Assembly (NCBI GenBank): GCA_050084985.1
Contig: JBITNC010000001.1
Location: 15,624,001-15,688,000, forward strand
Source of the DNA: Nageia nagi
Taxonomy: Eukaryota > Plantae > Pinophyta
Direction of reading: 5' to 3'
Length of the DNA stretch: 64,000 nt
Every line of letters starts with the position of its first letter. The stretch's first letter is position 1. Shown here piece after piece: positions 1-11,945 of the stretch. Under the pieces are notes generated by a model. It was not told where the DNA came from and searched no databases. It worked only from the letters and a program-made list of their open reading frames with translations. Both the position numbers and the translations under genes were made by a program.

Positions 1-772
1 TTATTAAGTAATTTTTTTTTTATATTGCAATTAACATAAAAGGTTAAAAAAAGTATAACAACTATACATTATTATATTAAACAATTTTCTTTAAAAAATG
101 TAACTAACAAAAAAATGTTAGTATCATGTAATAATCTAAAAAAAAAGGAAACAAATGAAGGTTATATCTTTGAAGATTTTTACCTTAGAATGAAGAGTAG
201 GTTTAAGATTTTCAAGTTGAATACCTCCAAGATGTTGGAGAAGAGCTTCCACACCAAACTCTAATACTAAATTGAAGGAACTAAAACTTACATTTAATTG
301 TTAAATGCCTAGATTATATGAACGCTCACTCAATCAACAATATACTAAAGCATAAATCAATCTCATAAGGTGACTCAAGATATAAAATGGTTCCTCCGAT
401 TAAGAGTACATCCACTAACAAGATCTTACTTTATTCACAAAGATAACCCTCTTACAATACATCTAACTTCATCTCCTCATCACTATCCTAAAGCATAACT
501 TTGCTTTATAAATTGGTGAGTGATCACAAAGAGAGGGTTTTCTATTTATAGAACAAAATCCTCTTTTGGATCACCCTTTTAACCATTGTACAAAGGCATG
601 ATATGCTACTCCCTTTTACCCAAGGGGCATGCTCATGAGATGGAGTGTAGGATAAGTTACATTATCATATTCACTTAAATACTTAAGGTATCTAGTGATA
701 CCATTAAGTATTAGTGAATTTACAATGTGAAACATTACAAAACCTTACAATAATGCATTATACATTCCAATA
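1..772 (-). mobile_element. 5' LTR (273-772) plus start of internal region of a copia element, same family as 8888-17004; truncated by window edge
   Basis: Reverse complement of 273-772 aligns end to end with the LTR at 8888-9389. It is followed on the - strand by a degenerate tRNA-Met PBS (tagtattagag) and the same gtgtggaagctcttc leader. Confidence 0.9.
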
Positions 773-779
773 ATATTCA

Positions 780-2230
780 CAATCGTTACATTCATCACAT
801 CGTGTTGTTGCTCCTCTTTTTGAAGAGACTTTTAGAGATGAGATACCTTTGCCTAGAGCCATCACTCATCTTATGTAGGTTTCTCACGTGATCCACCACA
901 TTTGCATCTTAAACTCGATTCATAAGGATCCCCTGATGGTCTTTCTATTCCTCCACATGTTCCTCTTAATAATCCCTTGGTATGTATTTTGAGGTATCAT
1001 AAATCCGCACCACTTCCTTGTGTTCCCTTGGTTAGATGGTAATACTTCTTATCCAACATACCAACCAGGAGCTCAATACGATTTGCCACCATTATATGAT
1101 CACAACACCACATATGTCGTTATTCTAAACCATCCACATCACATGTCATCATCCCATGTACCACCTTCCTATGTACCCCATGAGGTTCTATCAAGAGGGT
1201 ATGTAGAGCATGGGTCATAATCACACTCGATCAATCCACCACCATAAAAAAATTATTCTTCATCTTCTCATGTGATCATCATATGCATAACAACATGATG
1301 ATCATCCTTAGGCATATGCTTATGTTTGATTCGTCGTACTGCAATATGATCATAGGTACGATTAATCTTCCCATCACATCCAAGCTCCTCCTATTGGACA
1401 ATATTGATTTTAGAATCACCACAAGCTACACAATCCTAATACTATAGGGGTTTCGATCCGAAATCATACAAATCTTGCACCTAGAGTAACTTTTACCATA
1501 AACCAACAAGATCAATCATATGGGCATAATCATGAATAATATTATAATGATCAATATAACTAGTATGATGATCAACCTATCAGTCATGTGCCTAAACAAC
1601 AAGTGGTCACTAGCACTCAACCTTCCAATGTCAACAATAAGATTTTAAAGAGATTAAAAGAAATAGAACTCAAAGTAAATGACCATGGGAAGACCAAACT
1701 ATCATACACATCGATTTGCAATGAATCGATACATCTAAATGTACCTACCGAGAGCTTACCATATAAGTTCAAGATCCCCAAGATAGATAAATTCAAGGGT
1801 GAGAAAGATCTTAGAGAGCACCTGAGATAATTTAAATACTCATGCTACATCATCATAGTGACGATGTATTAATGCTTAGGACCTTTCCCATGATGCTTAT
1901 AGGGCAAGCTTTAGACTGGTATAATAACCTTCCTCAGCACAACATATATTCTTTTGAACAATTGGTTGATAGATTTCTATATCATGTTGCAATCAACGTC
2001 CAAAAGAGGGCATCTATAACAGACTTGGGAAAATTATCACAATTCAATGATGAATCAGTATTAAACTGTGTATAGATGGAGAATAGTAGTGACATACATT
2101 CCTTACATGCTCCCTTAGAATGAGTTGGTTAAAATTTTCTCTAGAAGTTGTAACAAGCCTATTTCTCAAATACTTAGAATCCAATAACATCGTACATTTG
2201 AAGATGCATTAGCACAAGCTAAATCTATTA
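780..2230 (+). mobile_element. Degenerate Ty3/gypsy gag fragment
   Basis: ORFs 1588-1830 (FKIPKIDKFKGEKD) and 1842-2075 (LRTFPMMLIGQALDWYNNLP..IYSFEQL) match the retrotransposon gag pattern; stops and frameshifts present. Confidence 0.8.
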
Positions 2231-2699
2231 CATTCTTCTTTAGAATTGAAAAATACCATCAATAAATCTATCGAAAAAACTAAAATACTTATTTATACTA
2301 CATATCTTTATTTAAATATAGATACATCTTCTAAACATTCTAACTTATAGCTAGAAGCCACTAAATCTACAAATAAAATTATTTTTATGAAGATCATTGT
2401 TCCATTAAATCTTTTCTAATCTTAAGGACCAAAATTGTAATTACATATTTAACATTAAAAATCTTCGTATTTCAAACTTGCAAACTTTTAAATTGATTCT
2501 TTTTTTTATTTGAAACTATTTAAAATAATCTTTCAAGATGCTTTCAAAAAATAATTCCGTATTTCAATAAGAATTTGGAAGGTAAGTAATGAAAGAGAGT
2601 ATATATATGATTCGTTTAATTCATACATTTTAGAATAATAAACAAACTACATAACAAGATACAATCTTTCTCTTTCGGGAATGAATATTCTCTGCATCG

Positions 2700-3182
2700 A
2701 TCTTTATACACCACGTCAGCTTTTCAAATATAAGAGCTTGGAATACACATTAAAAAAAAAAAAACTATTAAACGTGATCGTGTAATGTCCACAGCTGCGT
2801 CTATCCAAACATTTCCAATGGTCAACGTGGCAGCTATCTTATCATGACATGCGTCATGCCGACAGCGGAATAACTATCTGCAACAGCTCAAATTTAATCT
2901 CCAGATTCCCCTCTACTATTGGCACAGCATTATCTGTGTTGACACTCCAACCGCCGCAACTCGAATCCGCGACCTTTAGCTCCCAATTTCACTGAACTAA
3001 GATTCAGAGCTCGAGGTCACGAATTTCTTCTTGAGTAGAGCTTTCAGAAAAACTTTACGGCACTGAAAACGGTGGTGTGTGGGGGAAGATAAGCTTCATT
3101 TTTCTCAGAAGTATCATACAGCCGGCGGTGGAGAATTTTATGCGGCATTTTTGTGGTGAGATATTTTAAACTGAAATAAATC
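2700..3182 (+). promoter_or_regulatory. Proximal promoter/5' UTR of PHT4;4 with ACGT-core motifs and a GATAAG (I-box-like) motif
   Basis: CCACGTCA ~2711, AACGTGGC ~2824 and GATAAG ~3088 lie in a locally CpG-retaining segment directly upstream of ATG 3183. Confidence 0.45.
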
Positions 3183-3237
3183 ATGACCGTTGGAGGAGTC
3201 CTTTCGCAGGCGCAGCTCGGTCATTTTTCTCTACGAG
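3183..3237 (+). CDS. PHT4;4: PHT4;4/ANTR2-like chloroplast anion transporter, exon 1 (MTVGGVLSQAQLGHFSLR-G)
   Basis: Resembles the recalled N-terminus of angiosperm PHT4;4 (MALGGLIS..). GT donor at 3238; the phase-1 end joins exon 2 in frame. Confidence 0.8.
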
Positions 3238-3549
3238 GTGCGCAAATTTGTTAACATTTATTTCTGAGATTTAATTATTTTAGCGTTAATATTTGTGAAA
3301 TTTGAATAATATGTTGCAATATAGTGGAAAATTGTATGCGAGAAAGGATTAGAATCGTTTTTTTGGCATCTATTTGACGAATTTCTAAAATCCTTGACTT
3401 TTGTTTAAAGATTTTCAAAACTTTTGGCATTTAATTAGTGAATATTCGCATTATTTAGGATTTTCTGTAAGGTTTCAACGCTTTTAAGCATTTATTTAAC
3501 GCTTTTCTAAGTTTTTATGAAAATTTCCAATGAAATTATGAAATTTTAT

Positions 3550-4365
3550 ACGCTGAACATCGAATCATCTGCTATTGCTCCCACTCGATCCAGACACCCA
3601 TTTGTCGAGCACCCAACAAAACACGCTTTGATACCAATTGTTAGGATTTTGCTATTATTTAATCAATATTAATCAATTCAGATTCAGCATTCTTTGCTGC
3701 TATTATGGGTCCTCAACCATAAGGAGATTTTACTTAATGATTTTACTCAATGCCAATTTGCAGAAAAAATATAAACAAAATAACCAAAACAATCACACAA
3801 AACAGATGATACAGTATGTAACAAGGTGTCGGATATTTCAGTCCTTATTAATCTTCCAAGCACCAGAGGGAATCACCAACAGCCAACAGCTATACACATC
3901 CTCCATGGTTCATGAGAATTCTCTACACATACACAGTCTCTCACAATACACTCTGATTACAATTACCAATTGCTATGGATTCTATCTTGGAATTAGACAC
4001 CAAGGGTAGATCCATCTATGACTTTCCTGGAGTGATTTTACAGTTTAGAAAGTTTTCATGCATGGAAACAACTAGTTACGAAACAAAGAGAAAATTGATT
4101 CCTAACCAAATTTAGGCTCCATTCTTATCACAGATTCCTGAAATTCTACGAGAACCAACTTTTTTCAACTGTCTTATGCAAGATTCCTCAAGAGATATGG
4201 CATATGACTTGTATCAACAGTTAATTGTTAGTACCATTCAGTCTACCAATCAGCTTAATGTGATATAATGCCTTCAGCCCTATTGTTTTCGCACACGCCT
4301 GCACTCTTCCACCTATATAACATGATCTAATAACCTCAACCACAACTACTTATTCTGCGGTTACA
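3550..4365 (-). mobile_element. LTR remnant with tRNA-Met PBS in intron 1
   Basis: gctttgatacca (~3625-3636) is the reverse complement of PBS tggtatcaaagc and abuts TGTTAGG at 3639. The right boundary is approximate. Confidence 0.6.
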
Positions 4366-4787
4366 CTTAATAATCATGTGGCTGATGGGTGATGAGTAAG
4401 AATGTGAGAAAAAAACAGAATATTAATGTTTGCAAATGACGAAAGCAGTTCAGTAGGAATGAACAAATCTGTAAGGTGTAATAGCTAGCAGTGGTATGGA
4501 CAAAAAGCAAAAACATATTTTGAACTAAAACAACAAAAGAACTTGGATACATATTTGTTCATTTTTGGTTCAACCCAGACTTCTTTGCATGTGAGATTTG
4601 GTAGAAATAGGCTTCTAGAGTCCAATCAGGATAGATTTCATATACATTTATTCAGAAATGGCCCCTAAGATATTTTATTGGAATAGATTCTACGTTACTT
4701 ATGATTCTACCATTAGCATTGCGCTTGTGTCTGTATATAAATCAGTATATAAGGATGGCATGTGCAGTTCATCTTTGTTCAATGTAG

Positions 4788-5362
4788 GGTATCAAGATAA
4801 AGAAGCTCTTCGAGTCTATAGGATGAAGCAATATGAGACCAACCAAAGGATATGTGTAATGCGTTCATCTTCACAGTCCATATATCCTAGGCGAGAAATG
4901 GCATTAAAAAGGGAGACGCATGTGAGGAACATCTTCCAAGGAAGGCCAGAGCATTCTTCTTCTTTTAAAGTTGTCAACTCCAATTTCTGTAAAACTCCCA
5001 GACATTTAAAACCTGAGAGATGGTTTTCAGGGAAATGCAAGTGCTTTCTTTATTCCGATTCAAGCCATGGCAGCTGGTCAAAGTCAAGAAACCCGGCCAA
5101 GCTCAGAATTCCTTTTACTGGACATTGGCAAGATTCCCAAAATTGTGACCAATATTCTCTCAGGTTTAAGGCACGTGCAGATTTTGAACCTGATATTGGA
5201 GCTGATGGACCAGATTCAGTTCCCTCATTCAAAGTGTTACCAGAATCTGTTCTAGTACAGAGGTTGGTAGACCAGGAATCTGTATGGTGGAAAAGGTTTC
5301 CCAAGCGCTGGGTGATTGTATTGCTTTGTTTCTTTGCCTTCCTCCTCTGCAATATGGATCGT
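4788..5362 (+). CDS. PHT4;4: PHT4;4 exon 2 (transit-peptide region to WWKRFPKRWVIVLLCFFAFLLCNMDR)
   Basis: AG acceptor 4786-4787, GTATGT donor 5363; diagnostic PHT4 (MFS/SLC17-like) TM1 motif. Confidence 0.93.
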
Positions 5363-5717
5363 GTATGTTTTCTATCTTGTTCCTACTTTCTATTTAAAAA
5401 TCTCGTAGATGCTTTTGCATTTCAATTGTTTGTTTCTTATGAAATGTTTGGTTATTATTTTAGGTTTTTGTTTTCTTTTCAGTACAGTACACCTATTTAA
5501 AGCTATATCAGACAATTCCACAATTAGATTGTACAGTTTCATTGAGAGATAAGATATGAAATAGATCATAATTAAATATTGAAGCAGGTACATTTTGTTT
5601 CAAGGAGCAGAAATATATGTTTTAGCTTATTGTATCTTTCATTCTTTACACTATACTGAGAACAGAAACATTTGTACAAGATCTGTTGCTATAGTTTTAC
5701 TTCTCAATCATTTACAG

Positions 5718-5825
5718 GTAAACATGAGCATTGCCATTCTACCTATGTCTTCAGAGTTCAACTGGAGCCCAACAACAGTTGGCTTGGTGCAGTCTTCATT
5801 CTTTTGGGGTTATCTACTTACTCAG
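5718..5825 (+). CDS. PHT4;4: PHT4;4 exon 3 (VNMSIAILPMS...SSFFWGYLLTQ)
   Basis: tttacag|GTA...CAG|gtcag; 108 nt, phase 0. Confidence 0.97.
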
Positions 5826-6633
5826 GTCAGTTATATCTATAATTATCATTTGACATTATCAACAGTCTTCAGGACAATGTTACAAAGTGTTCAAACATGT
5901 GAACTGATGGGATGCATATTTGAATTCGGCTTTACCCAATTTTGTTTTTTAATTGAAATTTTCTATTCCATCTATATCAAGAAATATTAAATTTTACACA
6001 TGCTGCATCCTTTGCTTTGGAGTTCATGTAAATACAACAAATTATTGTCATTCTTTTCTTGTACGCAACTGAATTGAAATGATCAAAGATGTTCAAACCT
6101 TACAAAATGAGGTATCAGTGCAAAACCTATGAATATGTTCTCTATAACGTCCTGTTTTTGGAGTTGTTGAAGAGTCTTTGCATTTGCACCTCACAATTGG
6201 ATAATTCTATTATAAAGTTCCATGATTCACCTAAGTTGAGGATAATTTTCAGAGAGTTTAGTCCCTTATGTTGAGTGGTCAGTAAATTTGGAAATCTGCC
6301 TCAATATAGATTTGTAGCTTGCAGTTTACAAGAAACATGTTTCTGCACAAGATGTAGCTTTCAGTCAATTTGCACTGTTCTGTGGTGCCTGTTGCAGTGG
6401 ACTACTTAGACCTCATTTGATTCTAAAATGATCATTTATTTTGGTTAATTGTATTTTTCTCTTTGCTTTAGCTATCATACACCTCCAGATATATGGATAT
6501 AGATCATTTGGAGTCCTGTAAGTTTTAGGGAAAAGCAAATTGGATTTTGGTTTTGATCTGACTCTCATAATTGTCCAATTTCTGTAAAGAATCAAAATGA
6601 TATTGTACATTTCATTCCTTGTGATTTCAGATT

Positions 6634-7871
6634 TGTGATGATCCAAAAATTAAATTCAACCACAACTATCAAATTCGGACCATTAAACCCTGATGTCAGG
6701 TCTAGCGCACCAAACACAAGCCAACACACACTTAGATAGGCAACATTAGGGTCAGGGCATTAGCATTAAACATTCAAACCCTCAAGATACCAACGTCTAA
6801 GGATAACATGCAAGATCCAATCATTAATACATCATTATGCCCACGTCTAGCAATTGCAAGCATATAACTATGAATAGCACATCAGAATGCTAACGTTTGG
6901 CTCATACATACACAATGAAGCATAAACAATTCAACGCATGCACAAGTAGGGAATACATAATACACAAATGAGATCCAATGCCCTCTAGCTATATACAAAT
7001 GATATGAATGGCAATAATACAATTACCAAGCCCTAAGGGGTAGTCATTGGCCTCCAAGGAGCCAACTAGGGCACAATATCAAGTATCTTCAATACCGGAC
7101 GAACCACGGAACCATGGGATATATCTACCCCCTCAGATCTCGAATCCTTTCCACTGAAGGAGCCCTCCTCGAACTTTAACTAACCAACTGAATGGTAGAA
7201 ATAAACCCTCAGAATGCCACCAGATGGGCAAAGGTGCTCCACCAATGCCATAGATAGATAGGATCCCTTAGCCTAACTATCCTCTAGACTCTCCGCCTAG
7301 GAATAGTTGCTTAGCACCGCTAAGACTTGTGTTTGAAGGACTGTATTAAAAGTAATAATGATCAATGTTGTCCAGTAATGAAGCTCAAGTGTCTATTTAT
7401 ACATTATCTCATGTACGGATCTCACCTAGGAGTCATCCCAGGCCCATCTAATCCAATGATGGGCTTTTGGGGGGTCCATTCACTTAAAGTGCCAATGTGG
7501 GGGTCCTATGCACTTAAAGTGCCAACGTGGGGGTTATATGCACTTAAAGTGCCAACATGGGGGTCCTGGGGCCTTCATAAGCCAACGTGGGGTGTGGGGC
7601 CCTCCCCAGTGTGGCGCTAGCATGCAGGTGCCCGTCCATAACTCAAATGCATAAATATACCTTGGAATTCCCACAATCTAGGATCTCCAATACAATAATG
7701 CCTAATCTACCACTTAGGAGGGAGACGTCCCACTTGGGGCTCACAATGGGGTCCACTGACCCATTAAGTCTCTTATCCTAAGTTACAATAATGCAAGTAC
7801 AAGTACATGAATAAAGTATAGTACAAGGGTGACCAATCTGGTCCCACTAAATGATCAAGGGGGATGTCACA
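6634..7871 (-). mobile_element. Solo LTR, gypsy-type 'family B' (1238 bp)
   Basis: TG...CA ends, near-perfect TSD agatt/aaatt, shares its core with 22976-24029, 41795-43061 and 43142-44280; internal ~30-bp repeats at 7480-7610. Confidence 0.85.
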
Positions 7872-10800
7872 AAATTACAAAACTTCTTTATTTACATAGT
7901 ATAATTTTATCTCTTAGAATGGCCATTTATTCCTACAATAACATTAACACCTAATGTGATGATCTCAAACCAACGAATCATGCTCAAGTGTGCCCTAGGA
8001 TAAGGGTGTTTGCCTTCTAACTTTGAAACTGACCAAACAAGCTCAAAATGCACAAATAAACGCAACATCTAGTTAGGAATGCCAAATATGAATTCGACCT
8101 TGCAAAAAATGCCTCCAAATCCCAACATCTAGCTATAATGAGCAAAACACAATATTTGAGCATGCAATTCTTCTAGTATTCCAACATTTCAATTTGGGAG
8201 CAATATAGTAACTTAGCAATGCATAAACCACTCCAAAACTCAACGTCCAAGCATAAGGGCATAAATAGCAAATAAAGATGGCAAAGTGTAATTGTATCTG
8301 ATATGACAAGAATTGCACAATTACAATATGTTTTTGTCTACGTAAGGATCTTGTATCAAGATTTCCTCCAATAGGTTATGTTGGATGGCTTTAGGGCCTC
8401 ACCAATTGTAGTAGTAGTGAGGTGTAGTACAAGACTCCTTTTGCAACTTCTATGATGGAACCACCAACGTTCCTCTCAAGATTGCTGGAATAAGTTGAGG
8501 TTAGCCTCCTCTCACCTCAAAACCTCAAATGCAGGTTGCCCTACAAGTGACAAAGATAGAGTTTCCACTCAATCCGAATAAAAAGGGGTATAATAACAAT
8601 AATCAACATATCTCTTAATGACCAAGATTCCTTTTATAGGCGTGGGTGATCATCTTCTAATCTTGCATTGAGATGATCTAATGGTGGAGAGATGTGATAC
8701 GTGTGCTCATGTTTGCAACGTCCAAGATGGGGAGCCTCGAGATAAATGAAATCACATCTAAGATCCAAGAATACCAACATCCAAGAGAGGGTGATGCGCC
8801 TTAGGATTAGTGCCATGGGTCCAAGTGCCAAGGAGGTGTGACATGGGGCCTTGGGATGCTCAAGTGTCCAACATCCATGCTTGGGAGTGTTGGAATGTAT
8901 AATGCATTATTGTAAAGGTTTGTATTAAATCTTCTATGTAAATTCACTAATACTTAAGGGTATCATTTGATACCTTAAGTATTTAAGTGAATATGATAAT
9001 GTAACTTGTCCTACACTCCATGTCATGAGCATGCCCCTTGGGTAAAAGAATGTGCATGTCATGCATTTGTACATTGGATAAAAGGATGATCCAAAGAGGG
9101 ATTTTGGCCTATAAATAGAAGGCTCCCTCTTTGTGATCATACACCAATTTGTGAAGTAAAGTTATGCTATAGGATAGAAGTGTAGGAGTTGAGATTAGGA
9201 GGATTGTAAGAGAGTTGTATTTGTGATTGAAGTAAAGATCTAGTTAGTGGATGTACTCCTAGTTGGAGGAACCACTTTACATCTTGAGTTACTTTTTGAG
9301 ATTGTCTTCTTGAGTTATCTTGATGTGAGTTTGAGCTTTCATGTGATCTTGGTTGATTAGGAATTATCTTGTTAGTGTTAGTTCCTTCAAATTGGTATCA
9401 GAGCATAGTGTGGAAGCTCTTCTCCTAGTGTGGAAGCTCTTCATCAACATCTTGGTGATCTTTCTTCATTCCTCATCTCACACTCCATTGGTGAGGTAAA
9501 ACTAAGAGAAGGTATAAATTACCTCCTCCTTGGTTATTTTATGGATCATTGCATTATGCTACTAACATATTAATTGCTATGTGTTAGTCTTTTTTTTTTA
9601 AAATTAGCTAACAATTTTTACTAACCCTCTATGTTACTTGCAATTTTTAATTGTTATAATGTTTAAACTAAGAGAAGGTTAGTGTATATATATAACATAA
9701 TGAAAAATTAATATTAGCAGTTCAATAAAAGTGAGGGTGGAGAACTTCATTTGGGATAAGGAATTTTCTTTTTCAAATAATGAAATCTATACACAAAAGT
9801 CAAATAGTATATATTTTTTTAATACAAATTTAAAACTTTTACAATTTCTTGTCTTTTCCTACTCCTAAATTTGGCTCCTGCGCAACTGTTTTTGGGTTAA
9901 GTTTTTTGGTGGCCTGTGTGTAGTGTGGTGGCCGGAAACCCTTCGTGCGTCGTTATGATGTTTCTCTTCCTTGGCCCTCGCCAAGCCTTCGTCGCCCTCA
10001 CTAGATGTTTCTCCTGCTTGGCCTTCGCCAAGCCTTTGTTGCCCTCACTATACCCCGTTGATAATGCCCATGCCATCTCTTGTGGTGGCCTACGTGTAGT
10101 GTGGTGGCCGAAAACCCTTTGTGCACCGCTTTGTCTCCTCTGAGGAACGTTGGGCTCACATGGCCCTTGTGGCCAATCTGCTCTCTATACATGCCCCTCC
10201 ACCTCTCTCCGGTTTGGGTCTACCCAAGCACTCTTGTGTATGTGTGACCCTCCCCTCTGCTCCACCTGCTCTCGTGGCCCTAGCGGCTCTTTGCTATCTC
10301 ATCCCCTCCTTGCCGCCTTCAAAGCCATCTCTCATGCCCTTCAAGTAACTTGCCCTTCGTCCAATCCTCCTCCTTGTTTGCAACACCACACACATTTTTT
10401 AAAATATTTTTACTCTATGGTTGCTTACAAGGAATTTTTTTTTAAACTTGCAAACAAAGTTCTAGTCAGACCATCATTTGTCACAATAAATTTAGTACTT
10501 AAAGTAAAAGTTTTTGAGTAAGCTTCAACTTCAAAAATTATATTAAATGCCATTTCTTTAAGTACACGACTTCCTTCTCCATTTAATGAAGTTTAAATGA
10601 TGATTACTTGTTTAAATGGAGAAAATTAATTTCTTTTTGAAGTAGCCTTTTTTAATGCCTATAATTACATTATTTAAGCCTTTTTAAGTGCTTATTGTTG
10701 GCATTAATGCTTAGCATTTTTTTAGTTAAAATGTTTTATCTAAGGAAAACTAATAATGCAATTTTGTTGCTAATGCTATTTTTCTCTTAAGGGATCATGA

Positions 10801-11945
10801 TTTTTAAAATAAAAATAAAAGGAAATTTTATAAATTTTTTGGATCCTTATTATTTTTTAAGTATTGAATCATTATGCAATACTTAAATTTTTTTAGATCT
10901 TTGATGCAATGTTATGAATGTCCTTATGCATTTTTACAAAGTTAATGAATTAACTTGTGCAAATTATGGAATGATGAATGCTTTTAAAGTTAAATAATGC
11001 ATGTCTATTACTTATTTTTTAATAGAATGTTGCATGCTTAGTACCTAATTCCTTAAGTTAACTTATGCAAATTTTTGGAATTAATACATACTTATGCTTA
11101 AGTGTTTATTTTGCAAAGTTAACTTGTGCAATATTAGGATTGATGTAAAGATGTCCTTTAGGGGTTGGTAAACAAAACCCATTAGACGCTTAGGTTTCAA
11201 GTTATTGAATAAATGATGTTTTACTTATGCTCTTTTATTTCATGTTTCGCACTTTGATTTATTTGCTTATGCAAACAAAACGCAAACATTGATATGAGCA
11301 ACCTCCTAAAATGAACACATCCGCACGTACATTCTGCAACATGACTTGTTTGGGGAGCCATGAGGTAAGGACAGGCAGACTGGAGCCTTTAAGTCCTACG
11401 GTTCAAGTGGTGAAAAGTTCGTACTTCTTAATTGCCCCTTAGTCCTCTATTGGTCTGAAAACAACTCTATTAGGTGAACAGGTATGTGTATAGTGATACC
11501 ACATATCCGCACGTCCATTCAAGGACTATTCTGATAACCTAAGAGGACAACTTGAAATCTAATCAAGATTAATAATTTGGCCGATCCAATAAACGTCGGA
11601 ACCTTGGAAAATAGCTAGTACTTCTCTTTGTGAGAGTATAGTGCTGCCCAAGGGGAATTAGTTGAGGATTGGTAGTACTTGGGCTCTTCTTATGTGAGCA
11701 TTCAGGTGAAGGCCTAATTTTAGACAAGAAAACAAGCCTCAACAATCACTCTACGGTTCTTGAGATGAGAAATGTATTTGGGTACATGGGTTATTATTTG
11801 AAATGTAAAACATTTGCACTTGTAAATCAAATCAAGCATTTCTTCAGTGTTAATTGTAACATGTATTATTGACTTGGTTAAAACTTAACATTTAATGTTG
11901 GTTATTGAAAACATATGCTTATTATTTCACAATTTTGTGTAGCAA

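Noticed and set aside
4658-5500. 280-aa ORF as a stand-alone gene starting at 4658
   Set aside because: Only 4788-5362 is exonic; the flanks are read-through into introns, and an in-phase upstream exon exists.
6634-7871. Hammerhead retrozyme or Cassandra-type 5S-containing LTR
   Set aside because: No CTGANGA/GAAA core in a plausible fold and no 5S A/C boxes recognised by eye; an Rfam scan would settle it.
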